Origin: Phallusia mammillata
Taxonomy: Eukaryota
Assembly (NCBI GenBank): GCA_965637545.1
Contig: OZ281494.1
Coordinates: forward strand, 16,616,001 to 16,680,000
Length of the DNA stretch: 64,000 bases
Direction of reading: 5' to 3'
Within the stretch, counting starts at the first letter, position 1. Each line of letters starts with the position of its first letter. The position numbers were made by a program, and so were the translations under genes. The notes under the pieces are model-generated. The model was not told where the DNA came from. It searched no databases and saw nothing but the letters and a program-made list of their open reading frames with translations. Shown here piece after piece: positions 63,456 through 64,000 of the stretch.

Positions 63456-64000
63456 TCACTGCAGCTCTACGTACACAGGTTTATGACAAATCGGTTTTTC
63501 GTATTGGTTCTTTTCGCTTGACACTGGGTCAATGTAGTCGTAATGGATGGATCCTGTTTCGGTGTTTGTCGGGGAATTTACGTACGATGTGTTGTTTGTT
63601 CCTGAAGTGCCCAAGGGCGTTGCTGGCGGATGTTCTTTGGGCGCTTGTCTGACGTTAGGTGTCGCTGATGATTTTGTAGTTGGCAATCTTCGACGCATTG
63701 CACGATTCCGACTGTTAATAAAGTTTTATGCAAAACAAAATTTAAGTTAATTGTCACGTAAAGATATTCAGACACACAAGTAGTATCGAAGTAAAGTGAT
63801 TGTTTGGGAGTGTTAAGGTGATACAAACCTGGAACTGTTTACAAAACTTTGCTAAACTCCTTTAAGCCATTTTTTGTTGTGTTGGATGTTGACGTTTGTA
63901 TTACGTGTAACTTATTACGTACCTTTTTAGTTGTATAATGATGATCATCAAAATAAATACCAACACCAGTAAAATTCCAGATAATATTGATGTTGCCGTG
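63456..64000 (-). CDS. R25: duplicate of R22 (tail and TM; remainder beyond the right edge)
   Basis: Tail ..SYVNSPTNTETGSIHYDYIDPVSSEKNQYEKPICHKPVYVELQ*; TM exon from about 63920 to the window end. Confidence 0.75.

Noticed and set aside
1763-63750. Numerous plus-strand hydrophobic ORFs (e.g. 1763, 3801, 7824, 18124, 30974, 47209)
   Set aside because: They are complements of Thr-rich stalks, PTQ repeats or poly-T tracts, with no coherent exon structure on the plus strand.
1-64000. Assigning gene symbols (CUBN, CDCP1/2, NRP, DCBLD, fester/FcoR)
   Set aside because: The architecture (single CUB, mucin stalk, Tyr-motif tail) does not match those genes, and I cannot establish orthology without searches.

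Overview
This is AT-rich eukaryotic DNA with short GT-AG introns, so it is not a prokaryotic locus; the compact introns suggest an invertebrate chordate such as an ascidian, which is my inference only. Almost the whole window is one tandem array of about 25 co-oriented minus-strand genes and pseudogenes (R1-R25 here) encoding type-I membrane receptors. The usual layout is a signal-peptide exon, one CUB or CUB-like domain split over two exons, Ser/Thr-rich stalk exon(s), a TM exon and tyrosine-motif tail exon(s). Tails fall into two classes. Class A carries a conserved [VI]xNx[LI]Y motif, often with ITIM-like motifs (SEYAEV, LVYSEI, SRYQNL, DVYAQV). Class B lacks it and carries YxN, YxxM and a terminal YExP-x6/7-Yx[ED][LI] motif. 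Closely related ectodomains are attached to different tails and the reverse, and a duplicated block contains a 10.5-kb deletion that joins one receptor in frame to another's tail. One tail has amplified its NxLY motif by a 39-bp repeat, and several genes are disrupted by hAT MITEs, a Helentron-type element or point stops. The overall picture is a candidate birth-and-death paired-receptor (inhibitory/activating) cluster built on a CUB scaffold. Gene models were spliced by hand from the sequence; function, expression and novelty are untested.
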